The position numbers were made by a program, and so were the translations under genes. From positions 39,246,001 to 39,310,000 of the forward strand of contig NC_043003.1 in assembly GCF_006345805.1 (NCBI RefSeq): a DNA stretch of 64,000 nt, written 5' to 3'. This DNA comes from Octopus sinensis (taxonomy: Eukaryota). Every line of letters starts with the position of its first letter. The first letter of the stretch is position 1. The notes under the pieces were generated by a model that ran no database searches, was not told the DNA's origin, and was given only the letters and a program-made list of their open reading frames with translations. Below are positions 42,901 through 54,244 of this stretch, piece by piece.

Positions 42901-44939
42901 TTTAGCTCTCCATAGCTTTTGAGATATAGATATGTGTCAGTTTGATATTCCCCAACCAAAATAGCTCCGCAGTTCTTTTTTACTTCGCTTTTTTACTCCC
43001 AAACTCACATTATCTTTCTATCTTTTATTTTTTACATGTTTCAGTTATTGGACAGCGGTCATGTTGGGGCTCCACCTTGAAGGGTTTAGTCGAACAAATC
43101 GGCCCCAATACTTATTCGTTAAGCCTGGGACTTATTCTATCGGTGTCTTTTGCCGGTCCGCCAAGTTAAGGAGGCGTAAACAAACAAACACCGGTTGTCA
43201 AGTGGTGGGAGGGGAGAATATACACAAACACACACACACACACATATACGACAGTTTTCTTTCAGTTTCCGTCTACCAAGCCACTTACAAGGCTTTGGTC
43301 AGGCAGAGACTATAATAGAAGATACTTGCCCAAGGTTTAACACAGTGGGACTAAACCTAGGATCATGTGATTGGGAAGAACAAATCTCTTATATCTGAGA
43401 GCTGTGAGATGCGCGAGGACATCCTTTTATCTTCTAGAAGATACTCTCTTATCAAAGTATCATATATTTCTGCTGCAATTTAATAGATAAGCGAATACAG
43501 ATGGTGTGATGCAAGAGGACAGCCTTTACTTCCTTAGCGGTCATTTTGTGGTTAGTGGGATGCAAATAACTCCAAATGTTTTAAATTGTATTCTTCGTCT
43601 CTAATGCTGCGATACAGCAGCGAGTGAAACACTTGAGTCTTTTGTGGTTGTGGACTCATATGTGAGGGATATAAGAATGGCAAATATACTTAGGAGTGCG
43701 GTGTCACTCACCGGTATAACACTTAAAGATAGGTCAGAAGTGAAGCACATTTTATTTCAAGGAAGCAATGTAGATATAGTGAAGCTATATCTACATGACT
43801 GACATGAAGTTCCAGAGAGATCGAGGTCGGTTTGAAGTGCTAGCATACGACATGAAACCTGTAAACCTGTTTAGATTACTCAATAGATGTTGAGACAGTG
43901 GTAAGCAGGAAATAGGGGTAAAAGAAAAAGACATCAAAAATGTTTGTAGAATCAGTTTGTTGGCCAATTTTATGGCGAGGATGGATACAAACTAATAGAT
44001 ATTATTCAGAATTGCACACCATTCATTACTTGCACCAACGACGTCAGTATACGAAGATTGCTACAGCTAAGCGGAGTTGCATGCATTAAAAATACTTGAG
44101 AGTGATGGTTTCAGAGAAAAGGGAGATGGGATAAATACCTGGAATGCATAAGAGAATATACAGCAGAACAACGACAAATTGTTAGTTCAAACTGAGAGCT
44201 TCTATAAAATCACATGATCTTTTAGAAATGTCAAGTAAATATCCATCGAATACGCTATCATCTTCAATAAAGCATATATTTGACATTGTTGCTCCCGATA
44301 TACAAACAGGCAGAGGTAGATGATCTCAGTTAGAAAGCTTTTGACCTTAGCTCTGATTAGAGCTTACCCGGAGTTAAACAGCATCGACAGCAACAGCGAA
44401 AAGACTTGGTGGTTGTTGAATCTGGGAGAGTAGTGGACATAGCAGAAGTGCTTATAGGGATGAGAAACGGTGACTGCAAATTATAATAAATGGAAGACTT
44501 TGTTGCTGAAAGTGGTGGGTGGCTGGGAAATTGAATTCAACGTTAAGTACAGGCACCAACTTTCTGAGTGAATCTGGAATAGAAAGTGCAGTTCAGATAA
44601 CAGAGATGGGTCATGAAAAAGAGAGAAATAAGATGTGGGGCTTGCATGATACTAGTAATTGATATTGGGTAAAAATCAATGAACAGAAGTTCATTGATGT
44701 TGATTAGAGTATAGAAAATTATTTAATAAATTAATTATTGTTCAGTTATATTCCACTGACTTCTGCAAGTATGAAAACAGTTTTATTGCACAGGACAACA
44801 ACAAAGCATTCGACTGGGTCTGGCGATCAAATCTAATCAGAGTAATTGCCCAATTATAGGCTTCAATGGTTCCTCGCCTTTTAGTTCAAAAGCTTCCTGT
44901 CAGATTGCACTGTCACAGTGTGTACTACTGGAGCTCTCC

Positions 44940-44981
<42 letters not shown>

Positions 44982-47103
44982 GCATACACAATACCATCAA
45001 GTCAGGTGTGAATTCTGTTTTCCCCGTCATAGTAAGCAAATCCCATGTCTACGCAAAGATTAATACACCTTCAATTTCTCTTGAAGCTCTGTCTCTAAGA
45101 CTTATTCCCATGCAACATAAAAACTCACATGAAGACTCTCATCTCCCTTTTCTCTGAAACCATCACTCTCAAACCGACACTGACGCCATGAACAGTGAAT
45201 TCCAAAAACATCCTTGTATAAGATGATATCAGTCCTATGTCTTCAATAGTACAAACATGAAGTCAACTATACATATCACGAAAATATTAGTGTACCTTTT
45301 CCTAAACATGAACATTATACAACTAGAACCCTAGCTCTCTACGAATGCCAGGCTCCACTGAGGATCTCTCTTGCCAAATGCATGCCTTCGGTCTTCTTCG
45401 TAACCAAAATCAACTTCAGACCGCAAATACTACGAACTTTCTACAAAGCTCACATAAAACTCACCATGAAATATTGCTCCCGCATCCGAGGTGGTGCTGC
45501 TGTTATATAAACAGTCATTTCCGATTGCATCAAAAGAAAGGAAAACTGAATAATTGTCATGACGTCTGTCACCAACTCACTCCAACCTACGATAAATAAT
45601 CTTACTGTCTTCTCTTTCTACCTCTTCGGCTACATCAACCGGAGCATATGTACTTCGGAGACGGAAGTTTCGTGCCACTTACACTCAATCAATACCAGCT
45701 CATATGTCTCTCCACCTCTCACCAACCCTATTCTGTTACCCATCCACTCCAGGCTAACTACTACACATAGTCCTTCATCCTCAAAATGTCTGATCTTTTC
45801 AATCTCCTCTCTGTTCTTACTTTCCAGTGGCCATTGACTCACTATTATTCGATAGGAACATTTTCTGTAACAATATGCAGGTCTCCAATGAACCAAAAAA
45901 TGCTCCTCTCCTAGATTATTGCTTACATTATCCTTTATAATCTAATTTCGTCCTCAGTTGCCATCAACTCCCTACGCCGTCCTCCCCTATTCAGCTTTAT
46001 CTCCAATTACCTTACACTCCTCAACTTTGTCTTCAATTATCTTTAGGTATCTATATCGTTCTCCATTCCCCGATTTTGTCTCCGGTTGTCTTCAGCTGTA
46101 TTAAACTGTCTTCCGCTTCTCAGTTGTCTTCAGCTATTCTGCGTCACTATCTCACTTCACTGTCCAAGTTTGCTGCAAGTTGTTCTCAACTGTTCTCCAC
46201 TGTACCCCATTGCTCAACGTTGCTTTGAATCATCTCAATATTATCCCTTTCGTCTGTCAAGAAAACACTAATACGTTCATATCTATTGTTTGTTGATCAC
46301 AGGTGGAGGTGACCCGCCGTCTTCGTTCTCTTCAAGAGTCCTCGTAGCAGGCTTTTGGTTCTTTTGCATCATAATGATGTCAACCTTCACAGCTAATTTG
46401 GCCGCCTTCCTCACCGCACGTCGTTACACAAGTGACCTAAGCTCACTTGACGATCTCGCAGCTCAGACAGAAATCAACTTCTCAGTAATGGTGAACAGCT
46501 CTACAATGCGCTACTTTGAACGCATGGCTAAAATTGAGAACCTCTTCGACACGAAATGGAAGAAAATGAATTTCAAGCACGGTTCTGGTGGAGATTTTGA
46601 AGGAAATTTAGCAGTTTGGAATTATCCAGTTAGCGAGAAAAATGCTAACATCTGGAAACGCATTCAGGCCAACGGTATGGTGGCAAATTCGTCAGAAGGA
46701 CTGCAAAGAGTAAGAGACGGTAATTTTGCGTACATCACTGAATCTCCAATTGTTGAGTATTATACAAAGAAATACAACGACCTCACGAGCATCGGCAACC
46801 CATTCAGCTCAAGACCTTATGCTTTTGCTTTCAAGCAGAACTCAGAACTTGTAGATCCATTTTCAAAACAGTAAGAATTGGGTTGATTTTGCTATATTAA
46901 TTTTTCTCATTCAATTTATTTATCATTTTCTTTCTTTCTTTCCCTTTTTGTTTGTTTCTTTTTCTTCATCACTCACTCACTCTCAGTAGATATGTACGTG
47001 TGTGTGTATGCGCGCGCATGTATGTGTGTGTGCGCGCGTGTATGTGCGTGTGAATGTGTGTTTATTAGCATAGGTGTATGTTATGCATATATATATATTT
47101 ATT

Positions 47104-47135
<32 letters not shown>

Positions 47136-49757
47136 CAGATAAATATTTCTTTATTTGTGCTACCAATGGTTTCATGTGGACAAAATACGCAGTTTTCAAA
47201 TGTTCATCTTAAAAATGTTGGGCATCCTTCTGCACGAGATTCTACATTATACATAAAACTATGGACATCTCTCGATTAACTGATATCATCGAAGCCGATA
47301 TTATCCAGGAGGCAAGATTTTCAACTAATCTATAATCTAAAAACAACAAACAAGGGATATAATAGCCATGTGGTTAGCAAATTGAAATTTTGGGATCAAT
47401 ACAGATATTGCACATAGGAGTACGTTTGGTTATACTCTGATCTCTCATGTATTTACTCTCGACTGTATTGCCGAGAGTATAGCACATTTGATGTGTTCTT
47501 CGCTTCTGTAGCCACACTACATACATCAAACGATATGCCATTTCACGCAAGTATACATATGGGTAGGTTAAATCGCATTCCTGTATTCACAAATTCTTGT
47601 AAATGTCTTGTTGACTTAAATAAACTATTCCTTTTCATTTTGTTAGTAAAAGGCTTGAATTCAGAACAGAACTGATATTTCAAAGAACATCATTCATACC
47701 TTGCTCTTTTGCTTTTTTAGCATTCTTCAGCTGCAGCAGAAATCTGTTCTAGAAGACCTGAAAAGGAAGTGGTGGCCTAAATCGGCTGAGGAAACAAAGG
47801 TGAAAAACTCTGAAGGTCTCAGCGTGGAGAGTTTATCTGGAACATTCATAGTACTTGGCATTGGACTGGCATGTAGCCTGTTGTTTCTGGCTTTAGAAGT
47901 AATATGGGACAAATACAAGAAGGTAAGCGATATTCTACAAATAAAGACCTCAATAGATGGCGAAATGTCATCGAACAAGCGATTCAGAGACATATCATCG
48001 ACTAACTCCTCCTCCTACTTCCTCTCTTCTCCCTACTCTTCCTCCTTCTACTTCCTCTCCTCCTCCTACCTCCTATCCCCTACTACCAACCTCCTCCTTC
48101 TCCCCTGCTCCTCCTCCTTCTCCTCCTCATCCTTTATAATTACATCTATACTCTACGTTAGTGGTTCTCAACTATTTTCTGCCTATGGAGCGCCATTTGA
48201 TTCCTATTTTACCCTACTGGACCCTCATGTAAAAAATAAAATCCTATTATATTTTTATAATGAAATATTATTAGGAATTGTATTAAAAAATTGTTTAAAA
48301 TATTTTGCGTATTGTAGAAGATACTTCTACAATATATTGCAGATAAATCTTAATAAGAAAATCTTATGTGGACCCCAAAGTTTATGTGGATCCCGTTTGC
48401 AAACCACTGCTCTACATTATATCTGTACTGCATTTCAAAGAACTTTATATCCTGAAACTAACATACTAGCTTTTCTCTAATACCGAGTTCTTTTCACACA
48501 GGGGACCAACGACGGAGCCTCTACATACATTATATTATTGATTATTTAATATATATCTCATACTGCAGAACATTCCTTTTATTAGTGATCCACAAGTGAT
48601 CACAACAATTTTGGCCCTTTACTATAGTATCACCCCCATCCAGCTGTCTCGAGCAGCTTTGATGTTGTCAATAAATGCTCAGATTGTTTTGGCCCATATC
48701 GGAGCTCACCTTTTGCTTCCTGTCATCCATGAAGTTACCTTACCCAACAATACAAAGCAAAGACCGTGAATGACCATGGAATTGCACGTAGGCAGTTACC
48801 CTCCGAGGTACAAGTCCGGGCAAGATTGTTCATGGAATACCAGCAGTTACCCGTGCATACCAGCCAGTCCTCTCCACGCCACCCATGTTGTCCAAGGGAA
48901 AGGGAAAGGCCGATACAGCTTGGCGGCAGTGACGTTACAACTCATTTCTACAGCTGAGTGAACTGGAGTAACATGAAATAAAGTGTCTTTCTCAAGAACA
49001 CAACAAACAGCCCGGACCAGGAATCGAATTTACTACCCCATGATCGTGAACCCAACGCTCTAACCACTGAGCCATGCTCCTTCACCAAACAATATTTATA
49101 TAATTTATATACATTGACATACATCATGCTCTCATATATTACGTGCTTGTATTACACTCACGTATTACATACTTATTTTCTCGGGCCACAACAGCTGCTA
49201 GAAATATAAACGTATTGCCATTCTGCTTTCTGCTTACAAGATAAGAACTTGACAGCAGCGTAGATCTGGAACGATAGATCAATTAGTACCAACTACTTGA
49301 TATTAGATCTGGCCAAGTATTAGACAATAACTCCAATATGAACAACTGTGTGGTAGCTGCTATCTTTTGCTTGTTTCAGTCATTGGACTGCAGCCATGCT
49401 AGGGCATCGTCTTATTTTGTTTTTTAAAGCTCCTCTTTCTTCTATACTTCCTCCTCTGTTTAACCAATACCAAAGCCGCAGTAACAATATCATTAACGAT
49501 AGCAGTAGCAATGATGCATATTTAATAATACTGTCCTACCGTAATTAAAACATGTTTTACTTAAAAATTTTTTCTGATTCTCTCCATCTCTATTTATTAT
49601 TTTCCAGTCAGCAAATCCAACCCTTGAACCAACCACTCAGAATGTTTCTGTCATATATGATCGTCCCAGTTACCAACAGAAAGAATCCAGTAGTTTTTCC
49701 AACGGATCAATGTTTACATACGCTAACCCAGCTTTCACTGATTCGGGGTTCAAATGA
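25264..49757 (+). CDS. IR25a/IR8a-like ionotropic (glutamate) receptor, 5'-partial 8-exon model: join(25264..25434,27062..27169,29498..29599,32294..32473,42550..42871,46303..46870,47721..47922,49608..49757)
   Basis: All 7 introns are GT-AG with matching phases (0,0,0,0,1,2,0); total 1803 nt ending in TGA. Motifs read directly: S1 EPPFV...YG...[12 protein letters not shown]...DFTLPYYD, M1, pore SLTQSGGGDPP, M3 [12 protein letters not shown]2 with the IR co-receptor insertion (YFERM...[11 protein letters not shown]), PYAFA, LKRKWW, M4. Recalled similarity to Drosophila IR25a/IR8a; orthology not tested, so no symbol given. Confidence 0.93.
26050..26640. mobile_element. Interspersed repeat (longer copy of 1322-1470)
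   Basis: Shared terminal ~150 bp; flanked by ATT/CAT tracts. Confidence 0.65.
26640..26885. repeat. (ATT)n-(ACT)n-(AGT)n microsatellite
   Basis: Directly visible. Confidence 0.95.
27062..27169 (+). CDS. Receptor exon (ATD): [36 protein letters not shown]
   Basis: atacag acceptor, CAG|gtgaga donor, 108 nt, phase 0/0; matches the iGluR ATD F-x-G-x-S/T-G-x-F/I-x-FD-x-x-G-x-R pattern. Absent from the supplied ORF track. Confidence 0.85.
27660..27870 (-). mobile_element. Penelope-type terminal-repeat fragment with degenerate hammerhead
   Basis: Minus strand guuu CUGACGA...CUC GAAACGU U aaac at ~27762-27793; a related variant lies at 14820-14990. Confidence 0.55.
28118..28300 (-). mobile_element. 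SINE family A, partial
   Basis: tttcagtcatttgactgcggccatgctggagcaccgcc...tttgccgaaccgctaa. Confidence 0.88.
29498..29599 (+). CDS. Receptor exon (ATD-S1 linker): [34 protein letters not shown]
   Basis: ttgttttcag acceptor, ATT|gtaagt donor, 102 nt, phase 0/0; G-x-W motif, and LRAITII joins to EPPFV as in iGluRs. Confidence 0.9.
29760..29890 (+). mobile_element. SINE family B, partial
   Basis: caaattctgccgaagtcgactttacc...ggggtcgataaattaagtaccag. Confidence 0.75.
30280..30840 (-). mobile_element. Three head-to-tail SINE family B units (~180-bp period)
   Basis: atcgaccccag...aaaggatgaaagg.aaagtcgacc repeated 3 times, with cccacaaggggctaaac tails between. Confidence 0.9.
31605..31995 (-). mobile_element. 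Two-unit SINE family B chimera
   Basis: Same junction gacgaaatac|ctatttctttac as at ~30415. Confidence 0.9.
32294..32473 (+). CDS. Receptor exon (S1): [20 protein letters not shown]...[11 protein letters not shown]
   Basis: ttgcag acceptor, GGG|gtcaga donor, 180 nt; classic S1 motifs. Confidence 0.95.
32780..33045 (-). mobile_element. SINE family A, deleted copy
   Basis: tttcagtcattggactgcg...gccgaaccgctaa...cttaccacacagccac. Confidence 0.8.
36825..36890 (+). ncRNA. Type I hammerhead ribozyme, canonical core, in a receptor intron (sense strand)
   Basis: actt CUGAUGA GAAUC-uaauaa-GGUUC GAAA AUCGAU U A aagu; stem II 5 bp, palindromic stem III, stem I actt/aagt with a possible extension. Confidence 0.7.
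37430..37770 (-). mobile_element. SINE family A copy
   Basis: gcagtcatgctggagcac...acttgctcaaggtgccgc...cctaaccacccagccac. Confidence 0.85.
38690..39690 (+). mobile_element. RTE-clade LINE, 5'-truncated ORF2 end with three C2H2-type zinc fingers
   Basis: Y(A)[43 protein letters not shown](+frameshift)YGEL..G.R...KPKKRYKD; stop at 39643-39645, short 3' UTR, then (GATG)n tail. Confidence 0.93.
41200..41560 (-). mobile_element. Full-length SINE B (41269-41499) inserted into an older SINE B
   Basis: 12-bp target-site duplication aaagtaaatgcc at 41257-41268 and 41500-41511. Confidence 0.92.
42550..42871 (+). CDS. Receptor exon (S1-M1-M2): [15 protein letters not shown]...[11 protein letters not shown]
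   Basis: tccgtccag acceptor, TCAG|gtgagt donor, 322 nt, ends phase 1. Confidence 0.97.
43038..43390 (-). mobile_element. SINE family A copy, 166 nt downstream of the pore-loop exon
   Basis: tttcagttattggacagcggtcatgttggggc...acttgcccaagg. Confidence 0.87.
43600..44700 (+). mobile_element. Possible highly decayed LINE (ORF1 esterase-like traces)
   Basis: Only faint motifs ([14 protein letters not shown]); purine-rich LINE-like composition. Confidence 0.25.
46303..46870 (+). CDS. Receptor exon (M3-S2): GGGDPP...[11 protein letters not shown]...AYITES...[18 protein letters not shown]
   Basis: gatcacag acceptor (phase 1), CA|gtaaga donor (phase 2), 568 nt. Confidence 0.97.
47721..47922 (+). 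CDS. Receptor exon (S2 end-M4): [18 protein letters not shown]...[28 protein letters not shown]
   Basis: gcttttttag acceptor (phase 2), AAG|gtaagc donor, 202 nt. Confidence 0.95.
48159..48409. mobile_element. hAT (Charlie-like) MITE
   Basis: TIRs tagtggttctcaac...gtttgcaaaccactg; 8-bp TSD ctctacgt/ctctacat. Confidence 0.85.
48765..49080 (-). mobile_element. SINE family C copy
   Basis: Reverse complement of the 56595 element (acgctctaaccactgagccatg head). Confidence 0.88.
49608..49757 (+). CDS. Terminal exon (cytoplasmic tail): [49 protein letters not shown]
   Basis: Strong pyrimidine tract (tatttattattttccag), phase 0 matches the previous donor, 49 codons then TGA at 49755-49757; non-repetitive composition. 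Supported by splice signals and phase, not by homology. Confidence 0.75.
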   Translation, partial: SANPTLEPTTQNVSVIYDRPSYQQKESSSFSNGSMFTYANPAFTDSGFK

Positions 49758-49833
49758 AAATCCTCTCGAGGCAAAAGAAAACAATAACAATATATATATA
49801 TATATATATATAAAAGCATACAATTGATAGGAA

Positions 49834-49839
49834 AATAAA
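49834..49839 (+). promoter_or_regulatory. Possible polyadenylation signal (AATAAA)
   Basis: AATAAA ~77 nt after the stop codon; the hexamer is common in AT-rich DNA. Confidence 0.2.
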
Positions 49840-49904
49840 TTATAGCCCCAAACCTAAACTTTGCTCTCCATCCACTTTTCAAATTTGTGACTCTTTCTGA
49901 TTAG

Positions 49905-50250
49905 CATATGTGTATGTATGTGTGTGCGTGTGTGAGTGTGTGCGTGTGTGTGTGCGTATATGTGTGTGTGTGTGTAGGTAGGTAGATAGATAGATAGATA
50001 GATATGCAGATATGTATGTATGTATGAATGTGTATATATATGTATATATATGTATAAATGTTTATGTATTTATGTATATATATACACGATGTATGTATAT
50101 ATATATGTATGTATGTATTATATATACATATATATGTATGTATATATGCATATATATATACATATATATATATAGATATAGATATGCGTATATAAGTCAT
50201 ATGTGTGTGTCTATAATATATATATATATAAACATGTACATACATATGTA

Positions 50251-50289
<39 letters not shown>

Positions 50290-50442
50290 ATATATATACA
50301 TATGTATATATATATGCGTGATATGTACAAAAAATGTATATACACATATAGTTAGATATAAATAAGTATATATATGTGGATTATATATATAATTATATAT
50401 ATGTATATGTATATATATTATATATATATATATATATTTGTG

Positions 50443-50505
<63 letters not shown>

Positions 50506-50727
50506 TGTGTGTATGTATGTATGTATGTATGTATATATATATATTGCTCAGAAATTTTCGTCGAGTACTCGTGCACGTACGTATGTATATGCATGTATGC
50601 GTGCGTGTTTGTATGACTGTGCTTGTCTCTAAAACTGTTAAAGAAAATTTCTTCCTCGTTCCTTTGGAAAATACTCATATTACACACACATACACGTATG
50701 TATCTATACATCTTTCATTAACTCTAT

Positions 50728-50769
<42 letters not shown>

Positions 50770-50825
50770 TACACACTCTTTACTTGTCATAGTTGTGTAT
50801 GTGGGTATGTATTTATGTGTGCGTC

Positions 50826-50878
<53 letters not shown>

Positions 50879-51345
50879 GTATGTATGTATGTATATATAT
50901 TTTTTTATTTTTCCAGTTTCAGCTAATGAGCTGTGGCCATGCCATGCTGGGGCACCGCCATATATGTATATATATATATGTATATATATGTATATATATA
51001 TATATATATTATATATATGCATATATATATATGTTATATATATATATATATATGTATATATATGTATATATATATATGTATATAGATATATGTATTTATA
51101 TATGTATATATGTATATATGTTATATATATATATATATATATACATATATGTATATGTGTGTGTGTGTGTGTATGTTTAATACACGCGTGTATGTATGCA
51201 TCTGTCTATTTGTGTGTGTATGTATACATGTAAGTGTGTTTTCGTCAACGCATGTGTAAATGCTTCGTGTGTGTGTTTGTGTGCGTGCGTGTCCTTGTTT
51301 GTGTATGTGTGTGTTTGTGTATGTGTGTGTGTTAGAGAGAGGGTG
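49905..51345. repeat. Microsatellite field (TA/TG/TATG/TC)
   Basis: Directly visible. Confidence 0.9.
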
Positions 51346-52953
51346 AGGAGGGAGAGATTTGGCTGTGTCGAGTTGAATCACAGCAAACAGTTGGAATATA
51401 ACGAAATATGCTCTGTGTCTTCACCGGGGGACAGCCCCCTATTATTACAAATAGTGCTCTATTAAGATGACCCATCACTATTGATGTTACACTTTCTGAT
51501 GGGTTCCTCTCATCTGAACACGAACTAGCAACTTTTCAGTCACCACTTCACAATATTACTTTAACTGCACCATACTCACGCAGACCACATATATCACCTC
51601 CACCTCCAACCTACACTTGTTACATAGCAACAGAAATACTTTCCCACTAAACTGACCTCCACTACTCTGCTGCCTACCTAAGTTACTAAAATATTCTCCA
51701 ATATTTGTCCCGTAAACTGTATTCATTTCATTTTTTAATTCCATTCTCATAGCATGACTGAATTCTTGAGCTCTCCTTTTGACACAGTACTTCTGTTTAT
51801 CATCGAGCTCCTGTAACTTGAATGTCCCACATAAACTTAAAAACTGTTAAGTGTAGGACATATGAGAGATGAAGATGAGAGATGTCTCAAGCAATTTGAG
51901 CGGAGAATTCTTCGGATGATTCAAAGATGATTTCAACACACATATACTGGTGTTAGTACATTGAGATTGATTTGAAAGTGCAAAATTATGATGAACAGGC
52001 ACATAGAAAAATGCTGGACTGTTGGAAATTGGTATGTATGCAGTGGTATTTGAGGTGGTATTCTTTGTTATATATCAAGTGATCAAAAATAACAGAATGC
52101 AAAGTTATCATATCAAGGAGAGTTAAATTTAAAAGTAACTGTCGTTAAGTTATGAAGAATGCATTTGATGTGTGTTGAGCTGCGAAGTAAGATAGCTAGC
52201 AGAAAGGTAAATTTATGAAAAATACAGTTGGAGAATTAAGTGAAGATATAACTAGTTTGTTGGAGCTTGCTCAGAAACTAGAATATGTTGATTTTTCATA
52301 TCCTTTAATGTAGAAATGTGAGGAGTGACTGATCAAAATTGGCAAGGATACCACAGAGATGATACAGTTATGTAAAGAACTCATTGTGATATTAAAAAAT
52401 GGAGAAAGGATGGCTTTGACTCAAATTATTCAGTCAGATAATGTCATGAAACACTTTATAATGTGGGGCCATATATAAAAAATACTATGACGTGGATATA
52501 GAGTGACACTTTTGTGAAAGCATTCTGGCTTAAAATTTATTCAGTTGAGATACAGTCAAATATTACAAAAATATGTTGATAATACTCGGGACAAGAAGTA
52601 TCACACGTGATGGTAGCAATGTTCAAAGTTTTGAAAGTAACAAGAGGATTTGAATTGAGCTATGAAAATATGCGGATCAAAATCGAATGGATAAGAATAA
52701 AGACAAGGAAATTCATGGTAAAGAAAGCAATGAAGATGTGAGTTGATTTAACTTGAGTAGAATAAATGGATCATTTCTGGATTGTGACCAGAAGAGTAGA
52801 AAATAAAAAAGAAAGAGACGCTTCAAAACAACTCTAAAATAAAATACCGGTTGATGATTATTAAATACTTGTTTCAATTCATTCTTTCAAACATATTTTA
52901 ATTTAGATATACTTATGTATTGTGGTATATTTGGTTGTGTATGTTTCTATGGA

Positions 52954-53039
<86 letters not shown>

Positions 53040-53174
53040 GAGGGCATTATACATACATGCCAGGAGGCATTATACTTACATGCCAAACGCTAAGAGGGAC
53101 AATCAGTCATTTCTACCAAAAATATTACTAATCCCACCGAATGCAATTTTTCAAAGTAAGACATTTAAAAATAT

Positions 53175-53222
53175 AGACCTGTATCACAGTGATTTCATAC
53201 TTACGTAATCATCAGCAGGCCT
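53175..53222 (-). ncRNA. Type I hammerhead ribozyme in the 479-bp unit
   Basis: AGGCCUG CUGAUGA U-UAC-GUAA-GUA-U GAAA UCAC-U-GUGA U A CAGGUCU; stem I 7 bp (one G.U), palindromic stem III, AUA site; the stem II closing pair is U.U (non-canonical). Confidence 0.65.
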
Positions 53223-53932
53223 GAATGTATTATAAATAAACAACGACCCTGCCTCGCTTAAGCCGATCAGCTAACTGATCAACATCAACGAAGCACATGG
53301 GTGAGTTTATATATATTACATCCGGGTAAATGGAAAACTTTTACGAATTGCATTTCGGGAGAGGAAAAGTTTTTTCGGAATAAAAATTTAGCAATTAAGG
53401 ACAACTACTTAATAAGGAAAACTTAACAAGAAATTGTCAGGTAGATAGCGTAAAAACCTCATAAGAGAAAAAATTTCGAAAATAATTATTTCTTATTGAA
53501 CATATTAATTTATATATAGAGGGCATTATACATACATGCCAGGAGGCATTTTACATACATGCCAAACGCTAAGAGGGACAATCAGTCATTTCTACCATGC
53601 GTTTGGCATGTATGTAAAATGCCTCCTGGCATGTATGTATAATGCCCTCTATATATAAATTAATATGTTCAATAAGAAATAATTATTTTCGAAATTTTTC
53701 TCTTATGAGGTTTTTACGCTATCTAATGACAATTTCTTTAAGTTTTCCTTATTAAGTATTGTCCTTATTGCTAAATTTTTATTCCGAAAAAACTTTTCCT
53801 CTCCCGAAATGCATTCGTAAATTTTCCATTTACCCGGATGTAATATATATACTCACCCATGTGCTTCGTTGATGTGATCAGTTAGCTGATCGGCTAAGCG
53901 AGGCAGGGTCGTTGTTTATTTATAATACATTC

Positions 53933-53979
53933 AGGCCTGCTGATGATTACGTAAGTATGAAATCATGTGATACAGGTCT
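53933..53979 (+). ncRNA. Hammerhead copy in the inverted arm
   Basis: Same motif on the + strand; stem III reads AUCA-UG-UGAU (one C missing). Confidence 0.55.
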
Positions 53980-54244
53980 ATATTTTTAAATGTCTTACTT
54001 TGAAAATTGCATTCGGTGGGATTAGTAATATTTTTGGTAGAAATGACTGATTGTCCCTCTTAGCGTTTGGCATGTATGTATAATGCCTCCTGGCATGTAT
54101 GTATAATGCCCTCTATATATAAATTAATATGTTCAATAAGAAATAATTATTTTCGAAATTTTTTCTCTTATGAGGTTTTTACGCTATCTACCTGACAATT
54201 TCTTGTTAAGTTTTCCTTATTAAGTAGTTGTCCTTAATTGCTAA

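Noticed and set aside
45150-46250. Possible minus-strand LINE remnant (also 51450-52800)
   Set aside because: Composition is suggestive, but I could read no diagnostic endonuclease or RT motif.
47923-48480. Extension of the 259-aa ORF past KYKK
   Set aside because: There is a strong AAG|gtaagc donor. The extension is a CT-rich tract plus a hAT MITE, and a better terminal exon exists at 49608.
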